From positions 3,925-67,924 of the forward strand of contig JARVKB010000004.1 of the NCBI GenBank assembly GCA_029775925.1: 64,000 nt of DNA, written 5' to 3'. The position numbers and the translations under genes are program-made. A model generated the notes under the pieces. It worked only from the letters and a program-made list of their open reading frames with translations. It was not told where the DNA came from and did no database searches. The stretch is from Nitrososphaeria archaeon. GTDB lineage: Archaea; Thermoproteota; Nitrososphaeria; Nitrososphaerales; JACAEJ01. This document shows positions 60,863 to 64,000 of this stretch, in pieces (within the stretch, counting starts at the first letter, position 1; each line of letters begins with the position of its first letter).

Positions 60863-61584
60863 TCTTCACCAACTTCAGCTTTACCGAAATACTTGTCTAT
60901 TAAAGCCTTTCTTTGAGCTTCGTAGATAACACGACAGGCTTTTACAGCCATTTCAAAAGCCCTCTCAAACTCTTCAGATGTTAATTTACCATCCAACTGA
61001 AGCAGGGTTACTTGGTTTAGATTCGGCATTATGGCAAGAGGCATATCGGCTTCTCCTTCTTTATCTTCTACATCGTTTAAATCTAGAACTACTTGGCCAG
61101 ATACCTTACCAGCAGCACAAGCTGCAACCATATCGCGCATGGATATTCCGGCATCAGCTAAAGCAACAGCAGAGGCTGTAATCCCGGCACATCTCGAGCC
61201 TCCGTCTGCCTGTAGCACTTCTAAATAAACATCTATGGCAGTTCTTGGATATTCTTCAAGAATTAGGGCTGGTTCAAGAGCTTCTCTTATCACTTTTGAT
61301 ATTTCTATTTCACGTCTTGATGGTTGTGGAGGTTTACGAACATCTACAGAGAAAGGAGCCATGTGGTATCTACACCTTAGGATTGACCTATCAGGAAGGG
61401 CTTGATGCTTTGGATGAACTTCTTTTGGACCGTAAACTGCAACAACTATCTTATTTTTACCCATTTCTATATATGAAGAACCGTCAGCATTCTTTAGTAC
61501 TCCAACTTCTATCCTTAAAGGCCTTAACTCATCTACTTTTCTCCCATCTATCCTTAAACCTTTTTCATTAATCAGTTCCTTCAA
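60859..61584 (-). CDS. rrp41: exosome subunit Rrp41
   Basis: [23 protein letters not shown]. Confidence 0.96.
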   Translation of the reverse strand: MKELINEKGLRIDGRKVDELRPLRIEVGVLKNADGSSYIEMGKNKIVVAVYGPKEVHPKHQALPDRSILRCRYHMAPFSVDVRKPPQPSRREIEISKVIREALEPALILEEYPRTAIDVYLEVLQADGGSRCAGITASAVALADAGISMRDMVAACAAGKVSGQVVLDLNDVEDKEGEADMPLAIMPNLNQVTLLQLDGKLTSEEFERAFEMAVKACRVIYEAQRKALIDKYFGKAEVGEE

Positions 61585-62276
61585 CTTTCTATCACCTTAT
61601 ATTTAGACAGGAAGTTTTGAATATTTTTAGTTAAGCCTGCCGTATGGGCTTCTGATTCGACCATTCTAATAGCTTGAGTCGCCAGTAAAACACCATCGGG
61701 CGGGCCCATTATTAAAATTACACCATTTTGACCTATTATAAGTTTACAGTTAGTGGCAGACTCTATAGTCTTGATCATGGATCCTTTTTTACCTATCAGC
61801 CTAGGAACTTTAGCAGGGCTTATTTTCACTACTTCTCCCTTCGGAATGCGCCCTAAACCTGGTCCAGACACACTTAAAATAGGGTTCCTAGTTCTATCAT
61901 AAGCACTAACCTTCGCATATATCAAGTCACCTATAGCAAATTTTTTCAAAAGAGATTCACGATCAGGTGAAAAATCTTTGCCGAACACATTTTGTGCAGA
62001 TAGATATGCAAAAAAACACGAGTTTATGTCCACTTCCCATGAAAAAGCTGAATAATCGACTATCTTACCTATCACTAAATCGTCAACCCTAGGAATATAA
62101 GGCCCGGATAAAGGTATGACACGAATTCCCTCATGACTGATTTCAGCAAGACCTACTTTCGTTGCATAAAACTTATCTTTTATTCTAATTACATTACTTA
62201 TAGGCTTATAGCTTCCTTCAGCTATCAATTCGCCAGGAGTTACGTATTTCCTTTCGATCTCGGGCATTTCTTTCAC
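61581..62276 (-). CDS. rrp4: exosome RNA-binding subunit Rrp4
   Basis: S1 domain and [17 protein letters not shown]. Confidence 0.95.
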   Translation of the reverse strand: MKEMPEIERKYVTPGELIAEGSYKPISNVIRIKDKFYATKVGLAEISHEGIRVIPLSGPYIPRVDDLVIGKIVDYSAFSWEVDINSCFFAYLSAQNVFGKDFSPDRESLLKKFAIGDLIYAKVSAYDRTRNPILSVSGPGLGRIPKGEVVKISPAKVPRLIGKKGSMIKTIESATNCKLIIGQNGVILIMGPPDGVLLATQAIRMVESEAHTAGLTKNIQNFLSKYKVIES

Positions 62277-62962
62277 TTTATTACATTTACTTGTGATGTT
62301 CCTTTTGTGATAGAGCCTAATCTATCTATCAAAGAAGATTGAACTCCTGCAGGAATTTCTACAATCGCACTTAAAGAACCATCTGCTAACCATTCTTCTT
62401 TTTGGATATCTCCGTAACTTCTCAACACTCCTAAGGCTTTGGAAGCGAACTGAGCATGAATTTTTACGCTTAACTTTATTTTCTCATATCTCAAGGGAAG
62501 AATCGTCCTTAACTGTTCTACAACGATTTTTGCTTGCTCTTCAGCACTTTTAAAAGGATCTATGGATACATGCACCTGAGAGATGGCTTGCTCAATTCTG
62601 ATTTGAGGGTGTGGCAAACCTGTCTTAGGGTCAACAAAGTTTTTACTAATGATAGATATTATTTGCTTCTTTTTATCTTCTATTAAGGATCGTCTTTGTT
62701 CAGTCGTGAGTTGAAGTTCACCTTTCTTCAGAATTATTTCAGCTATCTCTGTAGTAGAGGTTGTGTTGAAAATTTTTTTCAATTTCTCAACTGGAACACG
62801 CAACCCCTTCGATGCATCAGAAAAAACCTCATCAATGGCGATAATCTTTGAAGAATCTACTTGTCGGCCTAGTTTATAATTTAAAGCTTTGTCAGGATCA
62901 ACTAATATTTCGAAACGCTCTCCATCTACTACTAACCTAACTACTGTATATTTACCACTCAA
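62273..62962 (-). CDS. ribosome maturation factor SBDS
   Basis: RFEILVDP, GELQLT, PHP..RIE. Confidence 0.95.
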   Translation of the reverse strand: MSGKYTVVRLVVDGERFEILVDPDKALNYKLGRQVDSSKIIAIDEVFSDASKGLRVPVEKLKKIFNTTSTTEIAEIILKKGELQLTTEQRRSLIEDKKKQIISIISKNFVDPKTGLPHPQIRIEQAISQVHVSIDPFKSAEEQAKIVVEQLRTILPLRYEKIKLSVKIHAQFASKALGVLRSYGDIQKEEWLADGSLSAIVEIPAGVQSSLIDRLGSITKGTSQVNVIK

Positions 62963-62980
62963 ATTGGAAAAGCACCGATT

Positions 62981-63742
62981 TTATATCTTGCTAGATGTGG
63001 CAGAGATTCTTTCCCTTGCCTTGTCTGCAAATTTGGCTATTTCTTCTTCTGAAAGACGTCTCATCTTCTTAGTTTTTGTATCTATTAAAGCCATCTTTAT
63101 ATGCTTCGTACCTACTTTATCCTCACTTACTAGATATATGCATTCTATAGCTAATATACAAGCTTCATCCAAACTCATGTTAGGATCGTATCTTTTCTCC
63201 AAGTATTCTGTAACCTGATCGCTACCAGCCCCTATAGCAACACCATCGTATCCCAAATAAGTTCCACTAGGATCTGTAGAGAAAAGCATAGGTCCGTTTC
63301 TATCGACACCAGCTATGATCAATGAAACACCGAAAGGTCTCACGCCTGCATATTGGGTGTATTGCTGATTTAAATCACCTATTCGTTTAGCAATCGCTTC
63401 GACTTCAACAGGTTCATCATATATTAATCTGTTTGTTTGAGCAAAAACTCTTGAAACATCTACTTGAACGCGAGCATCTGGAACGTAACCAGCAGCAGCG
63501 ATACCTACATGGTCATCGACTTGGAATATCTTTTGACTCATGGTTGGATTCTGTAGCTTTCTTGCTCTTTCTTCAACAGCTAGTATTACACCATCTTTTA
63601 CCTTTAATCCTAGAGCTAATGTTCCCCTTCTGACAGTCTCTATAGCGTATTCTACCTGATAAAGCCTACCATCTGGTGAAAATATCGTAATTGCTCTATC
63701 ATACCCAGCGCTCGGAGCAAACATGACTATCCACTTCTGCAA
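62981..63742 (-). CDS. psmA: proteasome alpha subunit
   Basis: YDRAITIFSPDGRLYQVEYA, RPFGVS. Confidence 0.97.
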   Translation of the reverse strand: MQKWIVMFAPSAGYDRAITIFSPDGRLYQVEYAIETVRRGTLALGLKVKDGVILAVEERARKLQNPTMSQKIFQVDDHVGIAAAGYVPDARVQVDVSRVFAQTNRLIYDEPVEVEAIAKRIGDLNQQYTQYAGVRPFGVSLIIAGVDRNGPMLFSTDPSGTYLGYDGVAIGAGSDQVTEYLEKRYDPNMSLDEACILAIECIYLVSEDKVGTKHIKMALIDTKTKKMRRLSEEEIAKFADKARERISATSSKI

Positions 63743-63867
63743 TAAGTATTAATGATTAGGGTTTTAAAACTCTTTCTAACATATTATTTTTGATTTGAAT
63801 TTTAATCATATTGAGTTATATCTAAAACTTTATAAATAATGTGATAGTACTCGCAAATGACCAAAAA

Positions 63868-64000
63868 ATGGAAAGAAAGACTATAACAAAAGAGAAAATT
63901 ATCGGTATGCAAGTTATTAATAGTGAAGCTAATTTAATCGGTTTAGTTAAAGATGTCTCTTTTGCTGTTGGAGAGACAAAGATGTATATGGTTGTCGAGC
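63868..64000 (+). CDS. PRC-barrel domain protein (5' part, runs off window)
   Basis: MERKTITKEKIIGMQVINSEANLIGLVKDV. Confidence 0.7.
   Translation, partial: MERKTITKEKIIGMQVINSEANLIGLVKDVSFAVGETKMYMVVE

Noticed and set aside
1-64000. Genome-wide TAG-to-Pyl reassignment
   Set aside because: About 11% of genes end in TAG at plausible C-termini, including L15e and translin; nearby backup stops are expected by chance in AT-rich DNA; no pyl genes in the window
1-64000. CRISPR array, transposase/integrase, rRNA, ORB-type origin, and the many antisense ORFs in the track
   Set aside because: No spaced repeat series or diagnostic motifs seen; the antisense ORFs overlap well-supported genes

Overview
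AT-rich archaeal chromosome segment. Gene content and fusions (Dph5-DUF357, fused GuaA, short L15e, AcnX/UbiD mevalonate genes, CofE) fit a TACK archaeon, most plausibly a non-ammonia-oxidising Nitrososphaerota relative (inference, no search run). Most of the window is housekeeping: purA, tyrS, topA, leuCD/IDH-like genes, sod, rps3ae, guaA, nfi, ribK/ribL, dph5, pth2, rpl15e, proC, and the exosome-proteasome superoperon. It also holds two intron-containing tRNAs and a decayed block beside tRNA-Leu. Main highlights: (1) two methyl-transfer clusters 47 kb apart (corrinoid protein + MtaA-like + hydantoinase-like ATPase + CobW; and MtaA-like + TrsS-like radical SAM + Cys-rich proteins + DUF2284) share an identical 22-bp sequence containing a perfect palindrome, suggesting an undescribed methylotrophy regulon with a candidate regulator; (2) the aconitase-X large subunit is interrupted by one in-frame TAG (possible pyrrolysine readthrough, gene fission or error); (3) a glutamate-synthase-like operon whose amidotransferase apparently starts at ATC and carries an ACT insert, preceded by a small ORF/structured leader; (4) eL22-like and OSTC/DC2-like eukaryote-type proteins; (5) tRNA-Lys with two non-canonical introns.
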